From Candidatus Poseidoniaceae archaeon (GTDB lineage Archaea > Thermoplasmatota > Poseidoniia > Poseidoniales > Poseidoniaceae), in the NCBI GenBank assembly GCA_028353405.1, contig JAOMOG010000007.1, forward strand, positions 755 to 64,754: 64,000 nucleotides of DNA, written 5' to 3'. Shown here piece by piece: positions 28,424-37,773 of this stretch. A model generated the notes under the pieces. That model saw only the letters and a list, made by a program, of their open reading frames with translations. It ran no database searches and was not told the DNA's origin. The position numbers were made by a program, and so were the translations under genes. Position 1 is the first letter of the stretch; every line of letters starts with the position of its first letter.

Positions 28424-29049
28424 ATTGGATGGATATGTCCGTGCGTGACTTCCAAGCTGCTCTAGCATCATCTTCTCCGACTCCAGGTGGAGGAACTGCA
28501 GCCGCGGTAGCCCTTGGCCAAGCTGCCGCTTTGACTTGCATGGTTACAGATTTAACAATCGGTAAGGAAAAATGGCAAGAAGGTTGGCAGGTGGCAGAGG
28601 AGGCACAAAATACCGCTATTCCATTGATGGGACGCGCTGGTGAGTTGGCCGTAGAAGATAGCGACTCCTTTGATGCAGTCATGGCCTGCTTCAAAATGCC
28701 TAAGGGCAATGATGAGGAGATTGATGCAAGAAGAAATTGCATCCGTCAAAGTACACTCAAAGCAGCAGAAGTTCCATTTGAAACTGCGACACTAGCTCTA
28801 TCGCTACTTCGGCATCTCCCTGATTTGGCGGAGAAGGGCAATGGTAATGCAGCTTCTGACGTAGGTGTTGCAGCATTATTGGCAAGTGCAGCAGTAAAGG
28901 GTGCATTATTCAATGTTGAAATCAATTTATCTTCAATTCCTGAAGAAATGGGAACTCATATGAGGGCATCTTCTCCAGATATTCTGGAAGAGGCTAGAGT
29001 ATTGTCTAGGGAATCAATGAAATCTGTTAATTCGCGACTTGGTTTGTAA
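28420..29049 (+). CDS. Formimidoyltetrahydrofolate cyclodeaminase (FTCD C-terminal domain)
   Basis: SPTPGGGTAAAVALG is the cyclodeaminase signature. An ATG at 28420 overlaps the upstream stop (ATGA). Confidence 0.7.
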   Translation: MNWMDMSVRDFQAALASSSPTPGGGTAAAVALGQAAALTCMVTDLTIGKEKWQEGWQVAEEAQNTAIPLMGRAGELAVEDSDSFDAVMACFKMPKGNDEEIDARRNCIRQSTLKAAEVPFETATLALSLLRHLPDLAEKGNGNAASDVGVAALLASAAVKGALFNVEINLSSIPEEMGTHMRASSPDILEEARVLSRESMKSVNSRLGL

Positions 29050-31323
29050 TTAACGTACTTGTGAACCAGTTGCGATGTCACCATCTATTGTGACTAATCG
29101 AACTCCATCTTTTCCATCATCTGCTGCTAGCATCATTCCCTCAGAGGTAACTCCTCTAAGTGGTCTTGGTTTTAAATTTGCAACGAATACCACTGTTTTA
29201 CCAACCATCTCTTCTGCCTGATAGTATTGCTTCAATCCTGCACAAATAGTCCGTTCAGTATCACTGCCATCATCTATTTTCACAACATATAATCTGTCCG
29301 CATTAGGATGGTCTTCAACTGTCAATATCTTTCCGACTCTTAGATCGACTTCCATAAATGTTTCAAAGTTCAAATATGTTATTCCTTCTGGTGCTTCAAT
29401 CATTTCTTTCATCTCCTTTTTGTTTTTCTTACTACCTTTAACGACGTGAATTGGTTCATCATCTGCTTTTGTTGTATCTGTTTCAGTCAGAGATTTCTCA
29501 CTTTCCAAAATAACATCTAATTCGAGGCGCTCAAAGAGTGGAGTAGGTGTTTCCTGACTCCAAGTCATTACGACATCCCAATCTATTGCACCATCCCATG
29601 AAACAAGGCTAACATCACCTGTTTGCCCTAATGCATTCCATAATTTGGCGGCACTAAATGGTAAGAAGGGCTGTGAAGTAATTGCCAAAAAGCGAGATAA
29701 ACGCCAGCCGAATGCAAGTGTGGACAAACTTTGCCTTCTCTCTTCAGTATCTTCTTCACTCTTGAGGTACTTCCATGGAGTTGCTGCTTGTAGAATTTGA
29801 TTACCATACTGGGCAGCAGACATTACATGGCGTAATGCTTCTTTGTAGCGGTGTCTTAGCAGTGAATCGGTAATGGAGGCATGTATCTCCTCTAATTTTT
29901 GGCGGTGTTCGACTGTTAATTCTGCGATTTCAACATCTGCAAGAGGGCCATTATCACCCATAGGTAATCTAACACCTAGCGTTAATACGCGATGTACAAA
30001 GTTACCATATGCGGCTATCAATTCACTATTGATCTTTTCAACAAAATCTGGCCAATTAAAATCTGTGTCATGATTTTCTGGCATATTAATCGACAGATAG
30101 TATCTGAGATAATCGGGGTTATATCTTTCAAGGAATGATGGCAACCATACAGCGTGTTTACGTGATTTAGAAAACTGACCACCTGATAACATTAGATATT
30201 CCATAGCCGGTACATTTGTCTCCAATGCTAAATCCCCACTTGTAGGCATTTCTATAGAGTCACTTGCTGTCTTGCCCTTTGAAGCATGGTTAAGTCCAAG
30301 GATTAATGCTGGCCAGATTACGGTGTGGAATGGAATGTTGTCTTTCCCTAAGAAATATAAGTGTCTAGGAATAGTTCCATCTTCTGAAACACACCACCAA
30401 TTCTTCCACGCATCTAGCCCATCAGGATGGCCGCCTTGCTGTGCATGTCGAAGTGCCCATATTTTTGCGCATGAATAGTAACCTTGCACCGCTTCAAACC
30501 AAACGTATACGCACTTACCATTCCATTCAGGATCTTCCAGGGGCAATGGAATTCCCCACGAAAGGTCTCTAGTAACTGCTCGAGAACGCAGACCCATGTC
30601 TAACCACTGTTTGGTCATAGCTCTAACATTTGGTTTCCATACAGAGTTTCTTTCAGATGCATGTTGTTGTAAGGCTTCTTGAAATAAATCTAAACGATAA
30701 AAGAAATGGTCGGTATCTTTAATTTCAATTTTGGCAGTAGGGTTCATCTTAGAAACTGGGTTCTTTAATTCGGTTGATTCGTACGTAGCTCCGCATGAAT
30801 CACACTGATCTCCTCTCGCGCCATCTTCTGCACAAGATGGGCAAACACCTTCCACATACCTATCTGGTAAAAACCGGCCACTTCCGTCGCTATTGGTCTC
30901 ATAGTATTGCTGAGTAGTCTTTCTTTCAAACAAATCTGCATTCATCAAAGAAGAAAAGTTTTCTTGCACTATTTGTTTGTGCATTGGGTCGGTAGTCCTA
31001 TTGAATAATGAACCTCCATATTCAATTCCTCGCGAGTCAATATTGGGTTCCCAACTACATCCAAGATCTATTAGGGCCTTGGAGTTGATAGCATGGTATT
31101 CATCAACAACTTGCTGAGGTGTAATTCCTTTCTGTTCCGCTGTAACTGTGATTGGAGTTCCGTGTTCATCACTTCCAGAAACCATCAGAACTCTATTTCC
31201 TCGCGCTCTTTCGAAACGGGCTTGGATGTCTGGAGGCAAATAACAGCCTGCTACATGGCCTAAGTGGAGTGGGCCATTAGCGTAAGGCCAAGCAACACAA
31301 ATTAGTACATGCTCATCAACCAT
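29050..31323 (-). CDS. metG: Methionyl-tRNA synthetase with a C-terminal EMAP/Trbp111-like tRNA-binding domain
   Basis: HLGH, the zinc knuckle CPSC...CDSC, and a KMSKS-like QFSKS. The C-terminal OB fold reads LDLRVGKILTVEDHPNADRLYV. Confidence 0.9.
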   Translation of the reverse strand: MVDEHVLICVAWPYANGPLHLGHVAGCYLPPDIQARFERARGNRVLMVSGSDEHGTPITVTAEQKGITPQQVVDEYHAINSKALIDLGCSWEPNIDSRGIEYGGSLFNRTTDPMHKQIVQENFSSLMNADLFERKTTQQYYETNSDGSGRFLPDRYVEGVCPSCAEDGARGDQCDSCGATYESTELKNPVSKMNPTAKIEIKDTDHFFYRLDLFQEALQQHASERNSVWKPNVRAMTKQWLDMGLRSRAVTRDLSWGIPLPLEDPEWNGKCVYVWFEAVQGYYSCAKIWALRHAQQGGHPDGLDAWKNWWCVSEDGTIPRHLYFLGKDNIPFHTVIWPALILGLNHASKGKTASDSIEMPTSGDLALETNVPAMEYLMLSGGQFSKSRKHAVWLPSFLERYNPDYLRYYLSINMPENHDTDFNWPDFVEKINSELIAAYGNFVHRVLTLGVRLPMGDNGPLADVEIAELTVEHRQKLEEIHASITDSLLRHRYKEALRHVMSAAQYGNQILQAATPWKYLKSEEDTEERRQSLSTLAFGWRLSRFLAITSQPFLPFSAAKLWNALGQTGDVSLVSWDGAIDWDVVMTWSQETPTPLFERLELDVILESEKSLTETDTTKADDEPIHVVKGSKKNKKEMKEMIEAPEGITYLNFETFMEVDLRVGKILTVEDHPNADRLYVVKIDDGSDTERTICAGLKQYYQAEEMVGKTVVFVANLKPRPLRGVTSEGMMLAADDGKDGVRLVTIDGDIATGSQVR

Positions 31324-31540
31324 GCCAATCCCTATTTCAATGCGGGTGTGATGTCCTTCTTGAGTTTCACCCTTGTAATGCTAGACTTGCATGGGTTTAT
31401 CTTACTTCTATTGACTAGTGAATGGCGAATTGATAGAATCAAATTTTTCTCAATAATTCATCATTACATTGGGTTATCATCAAGAACTATCACCTCTCAT
31501 GTGCTACTTACCCACTATCGGGACTCGGAGTCGCAGACTA

Positions 31541-32584
31541 CAAATGGACATCACTTTACTAGTATTTTATGCCGTTTTGGCATTGGGAATCTCCTTTATT
31601 TGTTCAATACTTGAGGCGGTTGTATTATCGGTACCTCATACTCATATTGCAGTTCTGCAAAAAGAGGGTAAGAAGTCAGGAGATTTATGGGCGCAACTGA
31701 AAGATGATGATGCGGTTAAGCCTCTAACTTCGATCTTAACTTTGAATACAATCGCTCATACAATGGGGGCTGCTGGTGTTGGTTCACAGGTGCAGACTAT
31801 TTGGGGAGAGGAGTATCTTACTGTTGCTTCGATCATTCTAACGATCGCAGTCTTATTTTTATCTGAAATTATCCCAAAGACTCTTGGCACAGCATACTGG
31901 AAAAAACTAGTTCCAATAACTGGAATGATTTTACAGATTTTGGTTAAATTACTGACATTTATCATCATTCCAATTCAAATCTTAAAATCAATTCTTCCAG
32001 CGGGAGGAGATACGCTCGTCACTAGAGATGATGTTGCCGCCATTGTTGACCTCGGTGAAGAAGAAGGGATAATTGAGGCAGATGAAGAGGAAGTGATTCA
32101 TAACTTACTGAAATTAAGAGATATTAATGTTAGTGAAATAATGACTCCGCGAGTGGTTATGACCGCTTTTATGTCAACATCGACGGTTGAAGAGATACTA
32201 CAAGAGCATAAGATTATCCGCTTTTCAAGGATACCGATTTATGAAGAGTCGATAGATGAAATCACAGGCTTTGTGATACGTTCTCAAATATTGATGGCAG
32301 CTAGCAGAGATGAATCGGACAAATCAATTGGAGAGTTCAAGAAACCAGCAATCTCTATTCTCGTCGATGACTCTGTTGATCATGCCCTTGAGGTATTCCT
32401 AGAACAAAGGCAACAAGTCGCTATTGTCAAGGATGAGTTTGGTGGTACTGCCGGACTTGTAACTTTGGAGGATGTTCTTGAAACATTGCTCGGTGAAGAA
32501 ATAGTTGATGAATTAGATGAAGTAGATGACATGCGCGAATTGGCGAAAGAATTTGCAGAATCGTCAGATGATTCCCCAGAATAA
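31541..32584 (+). CDS. CNNM/CorC-HlyC family transporter (DUF21 TM domain plus CBS pair)
   Basis: Four TM segments in the N-terminal DUF21. Tandem CBS domains. An acidic C-terminus. The ORF extends to 31469, and MDITLLV is the likely start. Confidence 0.7.
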   Translation, partial: QMDITLLVFYAVLALGISFICSILEAVVLSVPHTHIAVLQKEGKKSGDLWAQLKDDDAVKPLTSILTLNTIAHTMGAAGVGSQVQTIWGEEYLTVASIILTIAVLFLSEIIPKTLGTAYWKKLVPITGMILQILVKLLTFIIIPIQILKSILPAGGDTLVTRDDVAAIVDLGEEEGIIEADEEEVIHNLLKLRDINVSEIMTPRVVMTAFMSTSTVEEILQEHKIIRFSRIPIYEESIDEITGFVIRSQILMAASRDESDKSIGEFKKPAISILVDDSVDHALEVFLEQRQQVAIVKDEFGGTAGLVTLEDVLETLLGEEIVDELDEVDDMRELAKEFAESSDDSPE

Positions 32585-32588
32585 TTTA

Positions 32589-33596
32589 TTAGAAATTGTT
32601 CTCCAACCATTGCCCAATGTGATGAGTCCTTGTTGAATTGGTTCTAGCACCTGAATGTGGAAGGTCTCCAATTAGATGTGTTGTGAGAATCTCTCCTCTA
32701 CCAGCCTCAATCATCGATGATACAAGCAGGTCGTAATGAGATCTCCCTAGGACTGAATCCTCTTCTGCTTGTAAGATGAGAGTAGGTTGTTGAGGCAGAC
32801 CCCAGATAGGAACATCTAATTCTATAAGTGAATGAATAGGTTTTTCCTGTGGATGAAGTGCTGAGAATTGAACTAGTAACCTTCTTTGAATAGATGAATG
32901 GAGTAATCGTGGGATTCTGTTACGCGTTAATGATTCATCATATACAATTGAATATTTAGTCATAGGAGATTCGAGTATCCATCCTTTTACCTTACTACCC
33001 CAAGGATATTCGTCAATTCTTTTTGAGAGATTAAGTCCTACGAATCCACCCATAGAATGCCCATAATACACAATTTTTGTGATATTTTTTGAAGGTAGTA
33101 AACTATCTAATGCGCCCATTAATTCTACAGTGTGTTCTACCACTCTAATCGCAGTCCATTTTTCAACAGGCATTGCCTTGCCGTGCCCTGGCATTTCAAC
33201 TATCAAGGCATGCCATCCCTGTTCACAAAACCATTCAGCACGTTCTCGTACAGATTCAGCGCTACTTTTCCAACCATGTATCATTAATAGCATTGGTGCG
33301 CTTTCATCTCTACGATTCAGCATTGCTCTGGCTTCAATACCCCGACAATTAACAACCAATTCTACCCAAGGTTCAATCTCTATACTAGGCTTTTGAAAAT
33401 CTGCTGTTGTAAATATTTGAATGATTATATATTCAATAAAGAGATTAATCATCAACGCAATAATCAGTAATGCAAAAATAACATTGCCTAATAGGGGGTA
33501 GTTACTGATTATTAGAATGGCACAAGTGGTGAGAAGTAATATTAAAAATATTACAAATCGTCCATACTTAGACTGGTTTATCATGATGATCAACAA
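32589..33596 (-). CDS. Alpha/beta hydrolase with two N-terminal TM helices
   Basis: GHSMGG is the nucleophile elbow. The LLMIHGW motif is present. An N-terminal membrane anchor is predicted. Confidence 0.6.
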   Translation of the reverse strand: MLIIMINQSKYGRFVIFLILLLTTCAILIISNYPLLGNVIFALLIIALMINLFIEYIIIQIFTTADFQKPSIEIEPWVELVVNCRGIEARAMLNRRDESAPMLLMIHGWKSSAESVRERAEWFCEQGWHALIVEMPGHGKAMPVEKWTAIRVVEHTVELMGALDSLLPSKNITKIVYYGHSMGGFVGLNLSKRIDEYPWGSKVKGWILESPMTKYSIVYDESLTRNRIPRLLHSSIQRRLLVQFSALHPQEKPIHSLIELDVPIWGLPQQPTLILQAEEDSVLGRSHYDLLVSSMIEAGRGEILTTHLIGDLPHSGARTNSTRTHHIGQWLENNF

Positions 33597-33604
33597 GAAG
33601 TGAT

Positions 33605-34516
33605 TTATTCATCCTTTGAACTATCTGTGGAATCCTTTGTTGCATCTTCTGCATCTTCTGCTTCTTCTGCATCCTTTGCTTCCTTTGCATCCTTTTCAGC
33701 TTTTTCAGCCTTAGCAGCAGCCTTAGCAGCAGCCTTTTTGATATTATCTTCTCTCCTAGAAGCAATCTTGTCACCCCACTCTCCAGCATTTTCAAGTCTG
33801 CCCCAAATACCTGTTGAGACTTCCCCTTCTGCTGGTATGTGTTTTACCAAGTATGCTCTGAACAGCAAGTCATAGAGTCCTTGGTCCATATCACTATTTT
33901 TCTTGAAATTTCTATTTACAAACCATAGAACAATGAAAATTATACCAACTACTAAACCACCGATGCCCCAATAATTTTTGCTATCGAAATCAGATATATT
34001 GAACATTACGAGCATGAAACCTATCAATGTAAATAATCCAACTGTATTTGCTAGAATTGAATGAAAAACACTCGCCTTTTCACCATTTGCAGTCATAAAT
34101 TTTGTTCTTGAAACAAAGTGTCCAATTGTTCTGCCGGTCTTTGCTGGAATTACGATTACATTTAGAATAATCATTACGGCTGCTACGCCAAAAAGAGCAG
34201 TAGTTGTCGCGCCAGTATCAGCGAAAATCACCATTCCAAGTCCACCAAGAAGTACTGAGAAATTGACGGCGATATTTACCCACCAACTGATTGAACGATT
34301 CATTTTTGATGCTAATTCATAACCTTCTGGCAATCCAGTTGTACGAGGAGTTTTAACTTTCTTCGCTTTAACCGGCTTAGCTGAAACAGTGGTTTTCGCT
34401 GCTGCCTTTGGCTTCGCAACCGCTTTAGGTGCTGCTTTAGCAACTGCTTTTGCTACAGCCTTAGGCTTTTCATCCGCTTTTGTTCCAACATTTCCTGCTT
34501 TATCGAGTAGTCCCAT
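33605..34516 (-). CDS. RDD-family-like membrane protein with histone-H1-like Ala/Lys/Pro-rich N- and C-terminal tails
   Basis: The N-terminal tail reads AVAKAAPKAVAKPKAAAK..VKAKKVK. There are 3-4 TM helices. The C-terminal tail reads KAAAKAAAKAEKAEKDAKE. The start is taken at MGLLDKA to avoid a 77-nt overlap. Confidence 0.4.
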   Translation of the reverse strand: MGLLDKAGNVGTKADEKPKAVAKAVAKAAPKAVAKPKAAAKTTVSAKPVKAKKVKTPRTTGLPEGYELASKMNRSISWWVNIAVNFSVLLGGLGMVIFADTGATTTALFGVAAVMIILNVIVIPAKTGRTIGHFVSRTKFMTANGEKASVFHSILANTVGLFTLIGFMLVMFNISDFDSKNYWGIGGLVVGIIFIVLWFVNRNFKKNSDMDQGLYDLLFRAYLVKHIPAEGEVSTGIWGRLENAGEWGDKIASRREDNIKKAAAKAAAKAEKAEKDAKEAKDAEEAEDAEDATKDSTDSSKDE

Positions 34517-34526
34517 TTTCTCACGC

Positions 34527-35648
34527 TCACTGATACATATTTCCAACTGTCTGATAAATTTCAAACTGTTCTGATTCGACGAATACTTGGATGTCTGCGC
34601 CATCCATATTTCCTAATTGGCCATCAACGATGGCAAAGAATGCTGCTCTCAAATCCTCGTCGGCAGATTGTGGGTCACTGCCGACTTCCTGGTATACTTG
34701 GAAATCTGGACTTTCAATAAATTCTGCGACGACATCTTCAGGGAGATTTGAACCCAATAGATCATCGACAATTGATACGAATAAAGTAAAGAGATCTTCT
34801 CCATCGGTTTCTTCTGCTTCCTGTGCAACTACTGATTCTTCCGAAGATGCGATAATTGCTTGCAATTCCTTTCTTTGACCCATTAAAGATTCTAATTGAG
34901 GTCTTAGTTGGGCTAATAACTCAGAATCACCAGAACTTTTTGCCGCTTGGTATTCCGGTTTAAGCGAACGTAATTCATTTTCAATAGCCAATAATTGCTC
35001 AGAAAGGTCCATGTCTTCATCAAGTTCTAGACCAGTGGTTTCCTCATCCATTAATTCAACAGTTGGGGCATCTCTAATTTCTGAAACTTTGTCATCCATT
35101 TGTTGCTTTCTCAATACGATGATGTCGCGGTCTATCGAATGACCAAACCGGTCAGAGTAACGATCCAGCAAAGAACCAGCTTCTGAATTAGCAATGCGAT
35201 CAATGTGTCCGTAAATTTGTGGAAGTGGTTTATCTGAACGCTTTGCCCAAAGGTCACCATAAGATGAGTCTGCTTGCGGTGATGTGGATTCAACCACTGC
35301 AGGAGTTGCTACTGGCAATGGTGCATCCATGACTGGTGCAGCTGGTAGTGGCAATGGTGCATCCATGACTGGTGCAGCTGGTAGTGGCAATGGTGCATCC
35401 ATGACTGGTGCGGGTGGTAGTGGCAATGGTGCGTCCATGACTGGCGCAGGTGGTAGTGGCAATGGTGCGTCCATGACTGGCGCAGGTGGTAGCGGCAATG
35501 GTGCAGGTAATTCTGCATTCATAGCAGGCATAGGTGGCAATTGTGAATCCATGCTTGGCATGGGTGGTAATGCCGGCATTGGAGGTAGAGGAAGTGCTCC
35601 TAATGGTGGCAATTTATTGTCCTTTTTTCCATCATCTTGCTGACTCAT
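34527..35648 (-). CDS. Proline-rich tandem-repeat protein (5-6 copies of PLPLPPAPVMDA) with a C-terminal acidic duplicated domain
   Basis: A 36-nt DNA repeat encodes the 12-aa units. The C-terminal duplication reads (E/D)xxVxxFxESxxFxxYQxVG twice. A GGTGG RBS lies ~10 nt upstream of the start. Confidence 0.45.
   Translation of the reverse strand: MSQQDDGKKDNKLPPLGALPLPPMPALPPMPSMDSQLPPMPAMNAELPAPLPLPPAPVMDAPLPLPPAPVMDAPLPLPPAPVMDAPLPLPAAPVMDAPLPLPAAPVMDAPLPVATPAVVESTSPQADSSYGDLWAKRSDKPLPQIYGHIDRIANSEAGSLLDRYSDRFGHSIDRDIIVLRKQQMDDKVSEIRDAPTVELMDEETTGLELDEDMDLSEQLLAIENELRSLKPEYQAAKSSGDSELLAQLRPQLESLMGQRKELQAIIASSEESVVAQEAEETDGEDLFTLFVSIVDDLLGSNLPEDVVAEFIESPDFQVYQEVGSDPQSADEDLRAAFFAIVDGQLGNMDGADIQVFVESEQFEIYQTVGNMYQ
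35309..35510. repeat. 36-nt tandem repeat array, about 5.5 copies (gctggtagtggcaatggtgcatccatgactggtgca and variants)
   Basis: Directly visible near-identical 36-nt units with a few SNPs, in frame within the CDS at 34527..35648. Confidence 0.8.
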
Positions 35649-35748
35649 ACGGCTTACCCCACCTACGGTGGGTTAAACTCTACCCTTGAACCTTACCGAT
35701 GAAGGAGTATGCTCCAGATGGATTCAAAGACGATGTATTTGTTTCCAA

Positions 35749-36948
35749 TTATACGATTTTAGCCCAGCCTTTCAACACCAAAAATGTCGCTCCAGCCTCA
35801 CTTATTTCCAAAATTTGTCCACGCGTTAGATCATATCTTTTATCATGGAATTGTGCAACAGCATCCTCAACTGTAATTTCTACCCGTAACTTTTCTTGAC
35901 CGTTTAGTGCCCAGGCCTCTTGAAGTGGCTTATACGGGTTAGAACCATCCGGGTCCAGACGGTTTAGTGGAAACTCACTTACTCGCATGCCTGTTTTCCC
36001 ATGAAGAGACGTAGGCCATCTAATTTGTCTCCTAGTATCGATAGTAACAACTTCATCAGTTTCTCCCGCATTACCTAGAACTACTGAAGAGTCGGTTTTC
36101 AACAAATTAAGAAATAAACCATCATAGGAACCAAGTGCACCAAAATTACCTTCTCTAATTCTTTTTGAACGTGCTTCATGATTTACCACTTCTGCTAATT
36201 TTTTAATCGATGCAGCGCTTCGTTGCGAAGTTGAGCCTTCTCTATCGTATTGGGATTTGAGACCGTGTTCTAAATCCTTCAATATTGTAGAATAATCTCC
36301 TTGTTTGTTTGAGATAACTTGTAATTTCAAGATCATATCATCAACACCATCTCTAATTCTCCTAGACCATCCATGAGAGTCAGTTTCATTGAAGCGAGAC
36401 ATGCCTCCTTGTACATCAACACCCTCACCACGAATATGCGATACCAATTCTCTTCTTGCTTCAGAATCTAAGTGGAATAAATTAGGGTCGCGGTAGTGTA
36501 AATGAAATCCCCTGTGTCCTGAAAAGGTAACTTGTAAATATTTTTCATCGAATCCGAATTCAGGCTGCAAGAAATCGTTCCAAAGACTCCACCCTTGTTC
36601 CTGAATCACACCTAGCATGGCGGGGAAGTCTCTATCGGTTACGCCTGGCAAATGGTCACCATCTAGGTCAAATATCAAATCAGCACCTTGCCAGAGTTTG
36701 TCAGCCATTTTCAGCTCATATGGTCTTTTCCAATATGCAGTTGAGTAGAAACAAGAATGCATTGCTCTTTCCGATAGAAATGACCTAACATCTTGCATAT
36801 CGGTGAAACCTTTGTGTCTAATTGGAGGTGAGCCTCCAAAGGGAATAAACATCCACTCTCTTGACTTTAATCGCGGAGGGGTCCAGAATTCAGATGTACG
36901 ATAATATTGTCCAAAACGATGTGCGAATCGGGCCCAACCAGTTGACAT
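35749..36948 (-). CDS. priS: DNA primase small (catalytic) subunit PriS
   Basis: REWMF and ADLIFDLDGDH provide the catalytic Asp motif of the Prim-Pol fold. The size is ~400 aa. Confidence 0.7.
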   Translation of the reverse strand: MSTGWARFAHRFGQYYRTSEFWTPPRLKSREWMFIPFGGSPPIRHKGFTDMQDVRSFLSERAMHSCFYSTAYWKRPYELKMADKLWQGADLIFDLDGDHLPGVTDRDFPAMLGVIQEQGWSLWNDFLQPEFGFDEKYLQVTFSGHRGFHLHYRDPNLFHLDSEARRELVSHIRGEGVDVQGGMSRFNETDSHGWSRRIRDGVDDMILKLQVISNKQGDYSTILKDLEHGLKSQYDREGSTSQRSAASIKKLAEVVNHEARSKRIREGNFGALGSYDGLFLNLLKTDSSVVLGNAGETDEVVTIDTRRQIRWPTSLHGKTGMRVSEFPLNRLDPDGSNPYKPLQEAWALNGQEKLRVEITVEDAVAQFHDKRYDLTRGQILEISEAGATFLVLKGWAKIV

Positions 36949-37003
36949 TTTTCATCCTCCCGTAGTAGGACAGAAGGTGACAGTTTTTGAACTAAGTGAA
37001 AGT

Positions 37004-37213
37004 TCATTCTTTCTGCATCCAAAATCTTCCTTCGGATTCATTGATAGTAGTTGATGTATCTGCGCCGGTTGCTTCAACATAATGTTCCCAGCACATGTAA
37101 TACTTGTCAACTACCATCGCATTTCCAAAAGTTAAACGTTCTCCACATTTGTGACATCGCGGACCGATTTCACCATTTGGAGTCTGGGCCAGTTGTATGT
37201 GTTCGTGTGGCAT
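37004..37213 (-). CDS. Small zinc-ribbon protein (69 aa)
   Basis: CHKCG...CWEH suggests a C2-CH zinc knuckle. It lies directly downstream of priS on the same strand. Confidence 0.3.
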   Translation of the reverse strand: MPHEHIQLAQTPNGEIGPRCHKCGERLTFGNAMVVDKYYMCWEHYVEATGADTSTTINESEGRFWMQKE

Positions 37214-37272
37214 AGGGCTTGCCTCTAAATTATGCGGGTGCTGGCTAGTCTTTGAACTTGAGCATTAAAATC

Positions 37273-37761
37273 TCACCAAGAAGTATCTTCCCATTCTGCT
37301 GTTTGACACCAATTTAGTAAATCCAATGCAACTTCACATGATTCTGCAACTTCTATATTTTCATCATTAAGAAATTCCTCTAGAATCGGTTTTGCCGAAT
37401 CATCACCAATAGCACCCATTGCCTCAGCAGCCTCATGCCTAACCATGATGTGTTCTTCTAGATCGCTCAATCGCTCAATCAAAGTAGGGATGGCAACAAC
37501 ATTTTGCATCTGTCCAAGAACATAGGCTAATTCATGACGTAAAAGAGCACTCTTTGTGGTAAAGGCTGAACATAATGCTAAGCAAGCCTCATCTGTACCA
37601 TTATTTCTTAGCGAAAAAACAGCCCTCATTCGCAGAAACATCTGATTGCTTTCATCCAAGAGGCTAATTTTTAGCGTTTCAACATCCTTTTCACTAGAAG
37701 GGGGTGCTGGATCGACTGAACCATATTGGCTAACAACCGGCGCCCTATCCACAATATCCAT
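37273..37761 (-). CDS. HEAT-repeat protein resembling one half of deoxyhypusine hydroxylase (two His-Glu motifs)
   Basis: ALLRHELAYVLGQMQN and HIMVRHEAAEAMGAIGD are two HE-containing HEAT repeats, matching the DOHH/PBS-lyase E-Z type. It is 162 aa, about half the length of eukaryotic DOHH. Confidence 0.5.
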   Translation of the reverse strand: MDIVDRAPVVSQYGSVDPAPPSSEKDVETLKISLLDESNQMFLRMRAVFSLRNNGTDEACLALCSAFTTKSALLRHELAYVLGQMQNVVAIPTLIERLSDLEEHIMVRHEAAEAMGAIGDDSAKPILEEFLNDENIEVAESCEVALDLLNWCQTAEWEDTSW

Positions 37762-37773
37762 TTAATCACCTTT

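Noticed and set aside
31360-31470. Imperfect direct and dyad motif (tctattgactag ... ttgatagaatc) between metG and the CNNM gene
   Set aside because: It is too degenerate to call an operator with confidence. It may just be promoter AT-rich sequence.
33568-33875. Overlapping 75-aa (minus) and 91-aa (plus) ORFs rich in K/R/Q or S/A
   Set aside because: They are alternative-frame or antisense products of the Ala/Lys-rich tail coding region of the gene at 33605..34516.
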